Source of the DNA: an uncultured Candidatus Binatia bacterium
Lineage (GTDB): Bacteria > Desulfobacterota > Binatia > UBA9968 > JAJDTQ01
Reading direction: 5' to 3'
NCBI GenBank assembly: GCA_964291295.2
Contig: OZ219754.1
Coordinates: forward strand, 448,001 to 512,000
Length of the DNA stretch: 64,000 nucleotides
Each line of letters opens with the position of its first letter. Within the stretch, counting starts at the first letter, position 1. The position numbers and the translations under genes were made by a program. Of this stretch, positions 11,092 through 20,923 are shown one piece after another. The notes beneath the pieces were generated by a model. That model worked only from the letters and a program-made list of their open reading frames with translations, had not been told where the DNA came from and searched no databases.

Positions 11092-13543
11092 GTGTTCCCC
11101 GCTCGCGCGGGGATGAACCAGCAGCTGGGCTCGTTCAGCGTCGGAGGTCGACCGTGTTCCCCGCTCGCGCGGGGATGAACCCGTAGGTGGATGCTGAGCC
11201 GGAATGCCTGGCTGGTGTTCCCCGCTCGCGCGGGGATGAACCGAAGCCCTGGCCACGGAGCTCCACCGGCACCGCGTGTTCCCCGCTCGCGCGGGGATGA
11301 ACCGGCGGTGGACCGTTACCACCTGGAGGACTCCGACGTGTTCCCCGCTCGCGCGGGGATGAACCGTATACAGTGGCCGATTTTTGGCCTGATTTGGCCT
11401 GTGTTCCCCGCTCGCGCGGGGATGAACCGCATCGCGTGCTCGAAGCGCTCGCTCGTCCATCGTGTTCCCCGCTCGCGCGGGGATGAACCGCGCGCCGAAC
11501 TGGACGGATGGCTGGAGCAGCACAGTGTTCCCCGCTCGCGCGGGGATGAACCGACGTAGTCCAATCTGCCGCCTGCAATGGCGCTGTGTTCCCCGCTCGC
11601 GCGGGGATGAACCGGATTGCCGGGCGGCCGATGGCCGCGTGCTCCCGTGTTCCCCGCTCGCGCGGGGATGAACCATAATGAGGGCCAGGTGAAGTTGATT
11701 CACGAATGGTGTTCCCCGCTCGCGCGGGGATGAACCGGTCCGCCGGATCGGTGCCGTCCGGCCTATCGAGGTGTTCCCCGCTCGCGCGGGGATGAACCGT
11801 GTGAGTCCGTCCATGAAGTCCGGCCCATCGAGTGTTCCCCGCTCGCGCGGGGATGAACCGGTGTGTCGACTGTAGTCACGAGCGGCGTGTGGGTGTTCCC
11901 CGCTCGCGCGGGGATGAACCGGTCTGGCGAGTGATCCGCCCCGGCACGAGGGCGTGTTCCCCGCTCGCGCGGGGATGAACCGAAATCCGGCGGCCATCCG
12001 CCGACTTCCACGACGTGTTCCCCGCTCGCGCGGGGATGAACCGTAAATAGTACCGGGGTCCATTTTTTGATGAATAGTGTTCCCCGCTCGCGCGGGGATG
12101 AACCCAGGATTCGATGAATCGCCGTCGACCCGTATCGAGTGTTCCCCGCTCGCGCGGGGATGAACCGGCGTCAGTCGTGAGGCGGACCGGGTCCACCGCC
12201 GTGTTCCCCGCTCGCGCGGGGATGAACCGCTATCCCTGCCACTTGAGCAACCGGCGGACCAGTGTTCCCCGCTCGCGCGGGGATGAACCGTGGGGGGCTA
12301 GTAGCGCGGCATGGCGCCGCCGGTGTTCCCCGCTCGCGCGGGGATGAACCGGAGACGGTGATATACATGGCGACTTAAGTAATGCCGCATAGAGGTTGCA
12401 ATATGACATTCGGTTTTCGCCACTGGGCGAAGCAGGATTCGACGGCGGAGAGCAACTCGTCGAGACTGCTGAAGTAGAGGTTGTGGGTGGCGAGGCGCCG
12501 GGTGAGTTTCCAGACCCGTTCGATAGGAGCGAGTTGCGGGCTGTAGGGCGGTAGGAGCAACAATTCCAGATGCACCCGATGGGTGTCGAGCAGAGGTTTG
12601 AGAAGTTTGGCGTGGTGGTAGCGCGCATTGTCGAGAACCACAACCATCTTTTTTGTTGCGCGAACGGCGGCGTAGCAGGCTCTTCAGGAAGGTCTCGAAG
12701 GTGACCGCATTGAACACCGGCGAAAAAGCGTGGACGAACTTGCCGCTGTGCAAACTCACCGCGCCGAAGCAGGCGGCGGATTGGCGTGTCGGCGCGTGAC
12801 GGGCCACCGGGTCCTTGTCCTCGGGCGGCACCCATACGCGGCAGCGGGTGCCGTGGCGCTGAAAGTGGCATTCGTCTTGGCTCCACAGTTCAAGATCTCG
12901 GCGTTTCGCCAAGCGACGCAGTTTTTTAAACCCCTCCACGCCCAGCGTGTCCTCCAGCGCCAATTGGGGTCGTGGCTTCCGGAGACGAAATCCCATCTGC
13001 CGTAATAGCCGCTGGCACTGTCGCACACCCAATTCTACCCGGTAACGACGCCGCAAGTGTTCCGCCACCCGCTTGCCATCCCACAGATGTCCCACCAGAC
13101 CGAAATCGTCCGGCCGGCGGCGCAGGTCGCCTTCCAGCGAAGACCACTGATCCGATGTGAGCGACCGCGGACGACCGCTCCGCTCCCCCTCGCGCAGCCC
13201 ATCAAAGCCCCGCTGCTCGAACCTGCGCACCCAGCGCTGCACCGTGCGCGGATCCTCATCGAACAACCGCGCCACCTGCCGGCAACTCTGACCAACTGCC
13301 ACCAACAACAAGCCATGAAGCCGATGGTCGTACCGCGATTCCTCCGACCGTTGGATTTCCTGTTGTATCGCCATGCGCATCACCTCCGCCTCCGCTATCT
13401 CAAGCCTTCTCATGCCGCATCCATCCTCTCTTTCCTATTAATTACTAATTACTTCCTACGTAATTATGCGGCATTACTTAAGTCACCATGTATAGTAGCA
13501 GTCGTATCGTCCTTGTGTTCCCCGCTCGCGCGGGGATAAACTG
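11092..13543 (+). CRISPR. Type I-E CRISPR array, 22 repeats / 21 spacers, last spacer interrupted by IS630
   Basis: Repeat GTGTTCCCCGCTCGCGCGGGGATGAACC(G): 21 copies from 11092 to 12350, plus a degenerate terminal copy (…GGGGATAAACTG) at 13515. Confidence 0.98.
12364..13492 (-). mobile_element. IS630-family insertion sequence
   Basis: 28 bp terminal inverted repeats TACATGG(C/T)GACTTAAGTAATGCCGCATA with TA duplication. Transposase 13413 to 12375 (HTH, WSQDECHF, VLDNARYH, PPYSPQLAPIERVW) has a frame break in the A6 run at ~12650. Confidence 0.95.
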
Positions 13544-13562
13544 AACCGCTTCCTGCACATCA

Positions 13563-14711
13563 ATGACAACGAAACCCGAAGAGGCGCGTCCGTGGCCCGT
13601 GCTCCGTATGGGCTTTCGGCCATTCTATCTGCTGGCCGCGGCCTTCGCGGGGGCGGCGGTGCCCTTGTGGCGGTTCGGGGCCGACTTGCCGCGGTTTGGT
13701 CCGGGCTATCTTGCGGGGCCGGCGTGGCATGCCCACGAGATGATCTTCGGTTTCGCCGCCGCGGTGCTGGCGGGGTTCCTGTTGACGGCCGCGCGGACCT
13801 GGACCGGCCGGCCGACGCCTGCGGGCGCCGCCTTGGCGGTGCTGGCCGGGCTCTGGGCCGCGGGCCGCGGGCTGGTGGGTACCGGACCGGCGCTTCCGGC
13901 CGCGGCCGTCGATTGCCTTTTCCTGCCCGGTGTCGCGCTGGCGGTCGCGGTGCCGGTAATCCGGTCTCGCAACTGGCGCAATCTCAAGGTGGTGGTCCTG
14001 GTGATCCTGCTGGCGGCGGCCAACGTGCGCTTCCATCTCGAATACACCGGTCTGTGGGTGCTTCCGGGCTGGAACGGCGCGGCGATCCTGGCCCTGGACC
14101 TGTTCGCGCTGATGGCCGCACTGATGGCCGGCCGCGTCATTCCCGCCTTCATGGCCAACGCGGTCCCCTCGGCTCGTCCCCGGCGCAACCGATGGGTGGA
14201 CCTTGCCGCTTTCGGCACCCTCGCCGTTCTCGCCGCGGCCGGAACCGGCGGTCCGTGGCTGGCGGCGGTGGCGGCCGCAGGCGCGGTGGCCCACGGCGTG
14301 CGGCTCTGGCTCTGGAACCCTCTCGCCACCATCCGGGAGCCGCTGCTCTGGGTGCTGCCGCTTTCCTACGGGTGGCTCGTGGTCTCCCTGGCTCTGCGTG
14401 CTCTCCATCTCGCCGGCGCGGAGATTCCGGCGGCCTCCCCGCTGCACGCACTCGGAGTGGGGGTGATGGGCGGACTGATGCTGGGGATGATGACCCGGAG
14501 CGCCCGTGGACACACCGGCCAGGAACTTCGGGCGGGACCGGCGGACACCGCGGCCTTCGTGCTGGTGCATTCGGCGGCCGCGCTTCGCGTCCTGGCCTCC
14601 CTGATCGGACCGGAGACCGGAGCGCTTGCCATTGATGCCGCCACGCTTCTCTGGTCCGGCGCCTTCGCCGTCTTTTTCGCCGCCTACTGGCCGGTCCTCA
14701 CACGCCCGTAA
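13563..14711 (+). CDS. nnrS: NnrS family membrane protein
   Basis: GFRPFYL, WHAHEMIFGF, GFLLTAARTWTG, GRVIPAF, MMTRSARGHTG. Confidence 0.92.
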   Translation: MTTKPEEARPWPVLRMGFRPFYLLAAAFAGAAVPLWRFGADLPRFGPGYLAGPAWHAHEMIFGFAAAVLAGFLLTAARTWTGRPTPAGAALAVLAGLWAAGRGLVGTGPALPAAAVDCLFLPGVALAVAVPVIRSRNWRNLKVVVLVILLAAANVRFHLEYTGLWVLPGWNGAAILALDLFALMAALMAGRVIPAFMANAVPSARPRRNRWVDLAAFGTLAVLAAAGTGGPWLAAVAAAGAVAHGVRLWLWNPLATIREPLLWVLPLSYGWLVVSLALRALHLAGAEIPAASPLHALGVGVMGGLMLGMMTRSARGHTGQELRAGPADTAAFVLVHSAAALRVLASLIGPETGALAIDAATLLWSGAFAVFFAAYWPVLTRP

Positions 14712-14873
14712 CCCGGCCGGCGCTCCGTTCCGCGTCCTCCGCGTCCTCCACACCCTCCACACCATCCACACCCTACGCGTCCTCCGCGCCCTTGCCACCG
14801 ATGGGCTCGTGGTTCAATAAGGACAGGGGGACGGGTCGGCGCGCGCCGGACAAGACCTTTCCCCTCGTTGCCC

Positions 14874-15737
14874 ATGCGTCCCGAGTTCATCGCCCTCGCC
14901 GCCGCCATCCTCTACTCCGGAGGTTCCGTCACCGCGCGCCTGGGGATGCGCCACTCCAGTCCCTTGACCGCGGCCTGCGTTCTGCTCTTCCTGCGCACCG
15001 TCGTGTTCTGGGCCGGTGTCTTCGTGACCGGCGGCATTCCCCGCGTGGCGTGGACCCCGCTGCTGCTGTTCGTCGGGTTGGGAATCCTGCAGACCGCCAC
15101 CAGCCTGCTCCAGTTGACCGGCATCCATCGCCTGGGCGCGGCCCGGGCCGAGCCCCTGCGCAACACCTACCCGCTGTGGAGCGCGGTCATCGCCATCGCG
15201 CTTCTGGGAGAACGGGCGAGTCCGGAGATCCTGGCCGGAACCGTGCTGGTGGTGGGCGGCATCGGCCTGATCTCCTGGCAACCGGCTGACTCGGGCCTGC
15301 GCTATCACTGGTGGGAGGCCATCTTCCCGCTGCTGGCCGCCCTGTTCGCCGGCATCGCCTTCCCGGTACGGCGCATCGCCTTCGACATCTCCAACGAACC
15401 GCTCTATTTCGCCGCCGTCCTGGCCGTCGTTTCCTTCGCGTCGCTGGGTCCGTACGTTGCCGTTCGTCTCCGGACCGAGGCGTTCGTGCTCGACCGCCGC
15501 GCCGTCCCCCCGTTCCTCCTGTCGGGTCTCTTCGAATCCGCGGCCTCCCTGCTGTCCCTCATCGCGGTGAGCCTCGGCCGCGTGGTCGCGGTATCGCCCA
15601 TCGTCGCCTCCACACCGTTGTGGACCCTGATACTCACCGTGCTCTTCCTGCGCGGCCTCGAGCGTATCAACGCCCGCACCGTCACCGGCACCTTCGCCGT
15701 GATGACCGGCACCCTCGCCATCATCCTGAGCCGGTGA
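14874..15737 (+). CDS. DMT/EamA family transporter
   Basis: About 10 hydrophobic helices in two repeats, with LLGER and FLRGLERI motifs. Confidence 0.85.
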   Translation: MRPEFIALAAAILYSGGSVTARLGMRHSSPLTAACVLLFLRTVVFWAGVFVTGGIPRVAWTPLLLFVGLGILQTATSLLQLTGIHRLGAARAEPLRNTYPLWSAVIAIALLGERASPEILAGTVLVVGGIGLISWQPADSGLRYHWWEAIFPLLAALFAGIAFPVRRIAFDISNEPLYFAAVLAVVSFASLGPYVAVRLRTEAFVLDRRAVPPFLLSGLFESAASLLSLIAVSLGRVVAVSPIVASTPLWTLILTVLFLRGLERINARTVTGTFAVMTGTLAIILSR

Positions 15738-15872
15738 CCGCTTTCGCCGAATGCGCCGACCGACACTGCCGCACGACCGCCTCGTTCCGCAGCCGATCCG
15801 TCCGACACGGCCTGCGACGCGAAACACAGGTGAAAGTCACCGAGAAAAATCCCGGAAGCGTGGGAACCACCC

Positions 15873-15937
15873 CGTAGCACGGAGACCATCCGGTAGCACG
15901 GAGACCTCCCCGTAACACGGAGACCATCCGGTAGCGG
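15873..15937. repeat. 19 bp tandem repeat, ~3.3 copies
   Basis: GTAGCACGGAGACCATCCG-like units between convergent genes. Confidence 0.75.
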
Positions 15938-15941
15938 AGCG

Positions 15942-16979
15942 TCATCCCCTGGGGTTCAGAATCCGCTCCAGGTAGGCATGGATGACCGTGTTGTACCAGG
16001 GGGTGCCGTGGCGGCGGTCGTGGAAGCCCACGTGGCCACCGCCGTCGGTGAGCATCAGGGTCACTCCGGCAGGCGTGTTGCGGCCGACGGCTTCGTAAGG
16101 AGCCACCGGGATCCAGGGGTCGTTCCTGGCGTGCAGCAGCAGCAGCGGCGTGTCCATGGGTTCCAGCAGTCCGGTCACCGAGCAGCGCGCGTAGTAATCG
16201 TCGGCGTCGGCAAAGCCGTGGTGGGGCGCGGTGAAGGCGTTGTCGAATTCCCTGATGCTGCGGGCGTCCAGGACGGCCCGGCGCTGCCGGCGGGTAATCT
16301 CCGAGGCGCCGCCCACGACCGCCTCTTTCATGCGCGCCAGCAGCCACCGGTGATAAAGCGTATTGCGAAAGCTCATCAAGCGGCGAATGACGGCCGCCAG
16401 GTCGAACGGCATCGATACCGTCACCGCACAGAGGGGCGAGACCCCGCCGGCGCGCCGCGCCAGACAGTGCAGCAGCACGCTGCCGCCGAGGGAGAAACCG
16501 ATCAGCACGACGCCGTGGCGGGCCTCCTCCCGCTCCAGCATCGCCAGCACCGCTTCGACATTGTCTCCGGAACCCGCGCAATAACTCCTGCGGCAGATCG
16601 CCCGGGACGGACCCGCGCCCCGCAGGTTGAGGCGCATGACGGGATATCCGACAGAGAGAAGGAAGCGCGTGGTCTCGAACATGTAGGAACTGCCCTCGCA
16701 CCCGGTCAGGCCGTGCACGAGCACCACCAGCGGGCGGTCCGTCGCGGGGTGTGGGCGGTGCAACACCGCAAGCAGCGTGTCACCGGTCCCGTCCGGGAGC
16801 GGGAAGCTCCGGCGTTCCGAGGGCCAGGCGGACAGATCCTCGCTGGCGGGAAAAAAGTGGTACCGCAGGGTCTGAAGGTCGCCGCCCAGCCACGGGAAGC
16901 GGGGCGCGAAGTCGGGGCAGGCTCCCGCCCGCGGCCCGATGCCCGCCAGCGGACCCCGGGCGGTGCTGCCGTCATCCAT
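15942..16979 (-). CDS. Alpha/beta hydrolase, YheT-like
   Basis: HGLTGCEGSSY, GFSLGG nucleophile elbow, NDPWIP, GGHVGF. Confidence 0.88.
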   Translation of the reverse strand: MDDGSTARGPLAGIGPRAGACPDFAPRFPWLGGDLQTLRYHFFPASEDLSAWPSERRSFPLPDGTGDTLLAVLHRPHPATDRPLVVLVHGLTGCEGSSYMFETTRFLLSVGYPVMRLNLRGAGPSRAICRRSYCAGSGDNVEAVLAMLEREEARHGVVLIGFSLGGSVLLHCLARRAGGVSPLCAVTVSMPFDLAAVIRRLMSFRNTLYHRWLLARMKEAVVGGASEITRRQRRAVLDARSIREFDNAFTAPHHGFADADDYYARCSVTGLLEPMDTPLLLLHARNDPWIPVAPYEAVGRNTPAGVTLMLTDGGGHVGFHDRRHGTPWYNTVIHAYLERILNPRG

Positions 16980-16982
16980 GGC

Positions 16983-18047
16983 TCAGGTCCGGGTGACGCC
17001 GAGACCCGGACCCTCCGGGACTCCGAGCTTGCCGTCCACCACCTTGATGCCGGTGAACGGGTCGCCGACAAGCCCCTCGCATTCGCCGATCTCGCAGAAC
17101 CCGGAGACTCCGGGGGAGCTGAGGGCCAGGTGCAGCAAAGCCGCGTCGCCGACCATGCATGCGGCGATGTTGCTCAGGCCGCACTCGATGCCGGCAAGGG
17201 TGCACAGGTCGGCGATCTGCCGCGCCTGCTGCACGCCGCCGGCCTTGAGAATGCCCGTGTTGATGGAATCACAGACGTTGTCCCGAACCAGCCTGAAGGC
17301 TTCGTGCACCGCCGAGGCCGACTGGTCCGCCTCGATCTTGATGCTCGACCGGCTCTTCACCTCGGCCAGGGCGCCGATGTGATGCCGCGGCACCGGCTGC
17401 TCGAACACCGCCACCCCGAGTTCGGCCATGCCCGCCGCCATGCGTATGGCGGACTTGGCGTCGAACGCCTCGTTGGCGTCCACCTTGAGGTAGATGTCCG
17501 GCCCCACCGCGTCGCGCACGGCGGTGACCCGCGCCAGGTCCAGTCCCACCTCGCCCCGGACCTTGAGCTTGAGAGCACGGCAGCCCCCATCCACCAGTTC
17601 CCGGCACTCCCGGGCCATCTCCAGCGGCTGTCCCACGCCGACCATCTTGATGACCGTGATCTCCCTGCGCACGAGCCCTCCGAGCAGCACGTAGAGCGGC
17701 ACCCCGCAGCTCTTCCCCAGCAGATCGTGCAGCGCCATGTCCACGCCGCCCCTGGCCCGCCGGTTGTCCATCATGCGCTGGCTGATGCGCGCGTTCAGGC
17801 GGCCCAGCTCCTCGATGGGCTGCCCCACCAGCAGCGGCCGCATGATCTCCTCGATGGCATGGCGCACCGATCCGGCTGTCTCGCCGGTCCGGGGAAACGC
17901 GTCCACGTAGCCGTATCCCGTGTGGCCGCCTTCCGACTCCACGCTTACCAGCAACCCGTTGGACGAATGGAACTTGTTGGTGGCGGTGATGAGAGGCTTC
18001 CTGTACGGAAGCTCGAGTGTCTCCATCCGCAGGTCGGCGATCTTCAT
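16983..18047 (-). CDS. Mandelate racemase/muconate lactonizing enzyme (enolase superfamily)
   Basis: DMALHDLLGK, LKLKV, VDANE, FEQP, C-terminal PEGPGLGV. Confidence 0.9.
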   Translation of the reverse strand: MKIADLRMETLELPYRKPLITATNKFHSSNGLLVSVESEGGHTGYGYVDAFPRTGETAGSVRHAIEEIMRPLLVGQPIEELGRLNARISQRMMDNRRARGGVDMALHDLLGKSCGVPLYVLLGGLVRREITVIKMVGVGQPLEMARECRELVDGGCRALKLKVRGEVGLDLARVTAVRDAVGPDIYLKVDANEAFDAKSAIRMAAGMAELGVAVFEQPVPRHHIGALAEVKSRSSIKIEADQSASAVHEAFRLVRDNVCDSINTGILKAGGVQQARQIADLCTLAGIECGLSNIAACMVGDAALLHLALSSPGVSGFCEIGECEGLVGDPFTGIKVVDGKLGVPEGPGLGVTRT

Positions 18048-18141
18048 GGTCCCACTCCTTGAACTGAACGCGGCGGTTCCCCGGTCCGTCGTTTCCCGGC
18101 CGGCGGTTCCCCGGTCGGTCCCGCTTCGCCCACCGGCGGGG

Positions 18142-20304
18142 TCAACCCCGCACCTGCCCCTCGCCGCCCGCGGCCGATGGCGGGGGGTCCGCCGCACCAC
18201 CGCACCGAATCAACGTGTCCACCACCCGCACGCCCTGCCCCTGCGGCAGAACCATGAGGGGATTGAACTCGATCTCGTCCACTTCGTTGCCAAAGTCCAG
18301 CGCCAACCGCGACAACGCCACGATGGCGTGCGCCAGCGCCGGTACGTCGGCCCCGGGCCGGCCGCGCGCGCCGGCAAGCAGCGGCCAGGCGCGGACCTCG
18401 CGAATCATCGCATGGGCCTCTTCCAGGCCCAGCGGCGGCAGCCGGAACGACACGTCCTTCAGCACCTCGGTGTAGATGCCGCCCAGGCCGAAGGCCAGGC
18501 AGATGCCCAGGTCCGGCGTGCGCGACGTGCCCAGGAGAACCTCGGCGACGCCCTCCACCATCTGCTGCACCCGCACGCCGTCGATGCGGGCACCGGGCGC
18601 ACCCCGCGCCACGTCTTCCATCAGCCGGTCGTAGGCCGCGGCCACCTCCGTCGCACTGCCCAGATTCAGCCGGACGCCGCCCGCCTCGGTCTTGTGCGGC
18701 AGGTCCGCGGACTCGATCTTGAGGGCCACCGGAAAACCCAGCCTGCCGGAGGCCGCCACCGCCTCCTCACGAGAACCGGCCACGTGATCCGCCGCCACCG
18801 GAATGGCATACGCCTGGAGCAGCCGCCGCACCGCGGCGTGGGAGCGGTCGCCGCCGGCGACGAGCCGGCTCAACGCCCGGGTTTCCGCAGGCGGCGCGGC
18901 CACGTCGGAAGCGCCGGTCTCCTTTCGCCGCGCCAACCCCAGGACATCGCGAACCGCGCGCAGCGACTTCTCGTACTCCAGCAGGAACGGCACCCCCAAC
19001 TCGTTGAAGAACTCGAACCACGACCGGTCCAGCAACTCGCTGGCCCGTGACAGGAACACGAACCGCTTGCCGCTGCGCCGGGCCACCGCCGCCGATTCCC
19101 GGTACAACTCCCTCATGCGGTCGTTGGGGCTCCTGGGCAGATTGAGGCGGCAACAGACCACCGCGAACCTTTCGTCCTTCAGGAAGGTCTCCAGGCATCG
19201 AAGATACCGGGGCCGATCCGTCCAGTGCAGATCTTCGATGTCCAGCGGATTGCCGTTGAAGCTCTCCTTGTCAAAGCAGCCGCGCATCGATTCATAAGTG
19301 GCGTCCGAGGGCTCGGGCAGGTCCACGTGGTGGCGTTCGCAGATATCGGCGAGAAAGCTGCAGTCGCCGCCGGAGATGGTGACGATGCCCACCCCTCCGG
19401 GGGCGGACGGCCGGAACGGCTCGGGTGTCGCCGCCGCCAGCGCGGCAACCTCCAGCATCTGGTCCATGTTGTCCACCGGGATGACGCCCTTCTGGCGGAA
19501 CAATCCGTCCCATACCGCTCCGGAGGTGGCCATGTTGCCCGAATGCGAGGTCACCGCCTGCCCGCCCTTCCACGACCTTCCGAGACGCAGCGCGATCACC
19601 ACCTTCTCCCGTTGCCGCGCCAGATCCAGCAGCCCGGCCAACTCCCCGGGACGGCTCACGGACTCGATGACGGCGGCGATGACCCGGGTGCCGGGATCCT
19701 CCACCGCGGCCCGCAGGTGGTCGGTGAAGCCCGCGCCCACCTGATTGCCCGGAGCCACGGCGTAGCGAAAGCCCAGGCCGCGGTCGGCGGCGGTGTTGAA
19801 GAAGAGGTTGAGGAGGCCGGCGCTGCTGAACACGGCGCTCAAGGAGCCCGGGGCAAGGTGCTCGGGGAGCGGCGACGACCACAGCGCGGCGCCGCTCTCA
19901 AGGGCCAGGTAGCCCAGCGTGTTGGGGCCGCAAAGGGCGATGCCGTGCTCTTGCACGATGCGGGTCAGCTGGGCCTGGTAGCCCCGGCCCGCGTCGTCGA
20001 ACTCACCGAAGCCCGTGCCCACGATGAGTGCGGCGCGGATCCCCTTGGCGGCGCATTCCGACATGACCGGGACGGTGACGTGGCGCGGAATCGCCAGCAC
20101 CGCCAGATCCACCTCCCCCGGCACCTCCATCACCGAGGGATGGCAGGGCAGATCGAACAGTGTCCGATAGCGCGGATTGACCGGATGGAGGCGTTCTTTC
20201 GGGTAGCCGAACCGGAGCAGGTTGCGCATCAGCGCGGCGGCGTGGGGTGCCCGCTCGGACGCTCCGATCAAGGCGATGCTCCGGGGCTGCCGCAATGCGG
20301 CCAT
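18142..20304 (-). CDS. Acyl-CoA synthetase (NDP-forming, acetate-CoA ligase family)
   Basis: PRSIALIGAS, GPNTLG, SHSG, NPLD, PVALKIES..HKTEAGGV ATP-grasp. Start approximate. Confidence 0.9.
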   Translation of the reverse strand: MAALRQPRSIALIGASERAPHAAALMRNLLRFGYPKERLHPVNPRYRTLFDLPCHPSVMEVPGEVDLAVLAIPRHVTVPVMSECAAKGIRAALIVGTGFGEFDDAGRGYQAQLTRIVQEHGIALCGPNTLGYLALESGAALWSSPLPEHLAPGSLSAVFSSAGLLNLFFNTAADRGLGFRYAVAPGNQVGAGFTDHLRAAVEDPGTRVIAAVIESVSRPGELAGLLDLARQREKVVIALRLGRSWKGGQAVTSHSGNMATSGAVWDGLFRQKGVIPVDNMDQMLEVAALAAATPEPFRPSAPGGVGIVTISGGDCSFLADICERHHVDLPEPSDATYESMRGCFDKESFNGNPLDIEDLHWTDRPRYLRCLETFLKDERFAVVCCRLNLPRSPNDRMRELYRESAAVARRSGKRFVFLSRASELLDRSWFEFFNELGVPFLLEYEKSLRAVRDVLGLARRKETGASDVAAPPAETRALSRLVAGGDRSHAAVRRLLQAYAIPVAADHVAGSREEAVAASGRLGFPVALKIESADLPHKTEAGGVRLNLGSATEVAAAYDRLMEDVARGAPGARIDGVRVQQMVEGVAEVLLGTSRTPDLGICLAFGLGGIYTEVLKDVSFRLPPLGLEEAHAMIREVRAWPLLAGARGRPGADVPALAHAIVALSRLALDFGNEVDEIEFNPLMVLPQGQGVRVVDTLIRCGGAADPPPSAAGGEGQVRG

Positions 20305-20392
20305 GCGCTCGGGAGCGGGAGCGGGAGCGGAAGTCGTTGCCGCCGTCACGGCCGATGGTGCCCCGGGCGCGGCGAAGCTGTGCCGGAGGACA

Positions 20393-20866
20393 TCAGCCCT
20401 CGCCCGTTCGCGCGGCGGCGGCGCGGACCGCGCGCATGATGTCGGGATAGCCGCCGCAACGGCACAGATTGCCGGAAAGGTACTCGCGTATCTGGTCGTC
20501 GGTGGGAGCCCGGTGTTCCTCCAGCAGCGCCTTGGCGGCCATGATGAAGCCTGGCGTGCAGTAGCCGCACTGGGCGGCGTCGTGCTCCAGGAACGCCTGC
20601 TGGACCGGATGCAGGGCGCCGTCATCGCCAAGCCCCTCGACCGTCTCCACGCAACGGCCGTCCAGGCGCGCGGCCAGCAGGAAACAGGCGCTCACCGGCC
20701 TGCCGTCCAGAAGAACGGTGCAACTCCCGCAGGCCCCGACGCCGCAGGCCTCACGGACGCTCCAGAGCTTGAGCCCGTCCCGCAGCACCTCCAGCAGGGT
20801 ATCGGCGTCGTTCACCTCCAACTCCCGCTGCCGACCGTTCACCGTCAGGTTGATCACACGTTCCAT
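20393..20866 (-). CDS. Molybdo-hydroxylase small (2Fe-2S) subunit, CoxS-like
   Basis: CGVGACGSC...C and QCGYCTPG...NLCRC. Confidence 0.93.
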   Translation of the reverse strand: MERVINLTVNGRQRELEVNDADTLLEVLRDGLKLWSVREACGVGACGSCTVLLDGRPVSACFLLAARLDGRCVETVEGLGDDGALHPVQQAFLEHDAAQCGYCTPGFIMAAKALLEEHRAPTDDQIREYLSGNLCRCGGYPDIMRAVRAAAARTGEG

Positions 20867-20923
20867 GAATCTCGCTCCGACATCCGCACTGCGCCGCACC
20901 TCGCCTCGTCCTGCTGCCGGCCC

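Noticed and set aside
12645-12656. Programmed -1 frameshift at AAAAAAG in the IS630 transposase
   Set aside because: The downstream DDE segment is in the +1 frame, so an extra A (mutation or sequencing error) is more likely.
11120-13514. Self-targeting spacers within the window
   Set aside because: No match was noticed by eye; an exhaustive alignment could not be run.
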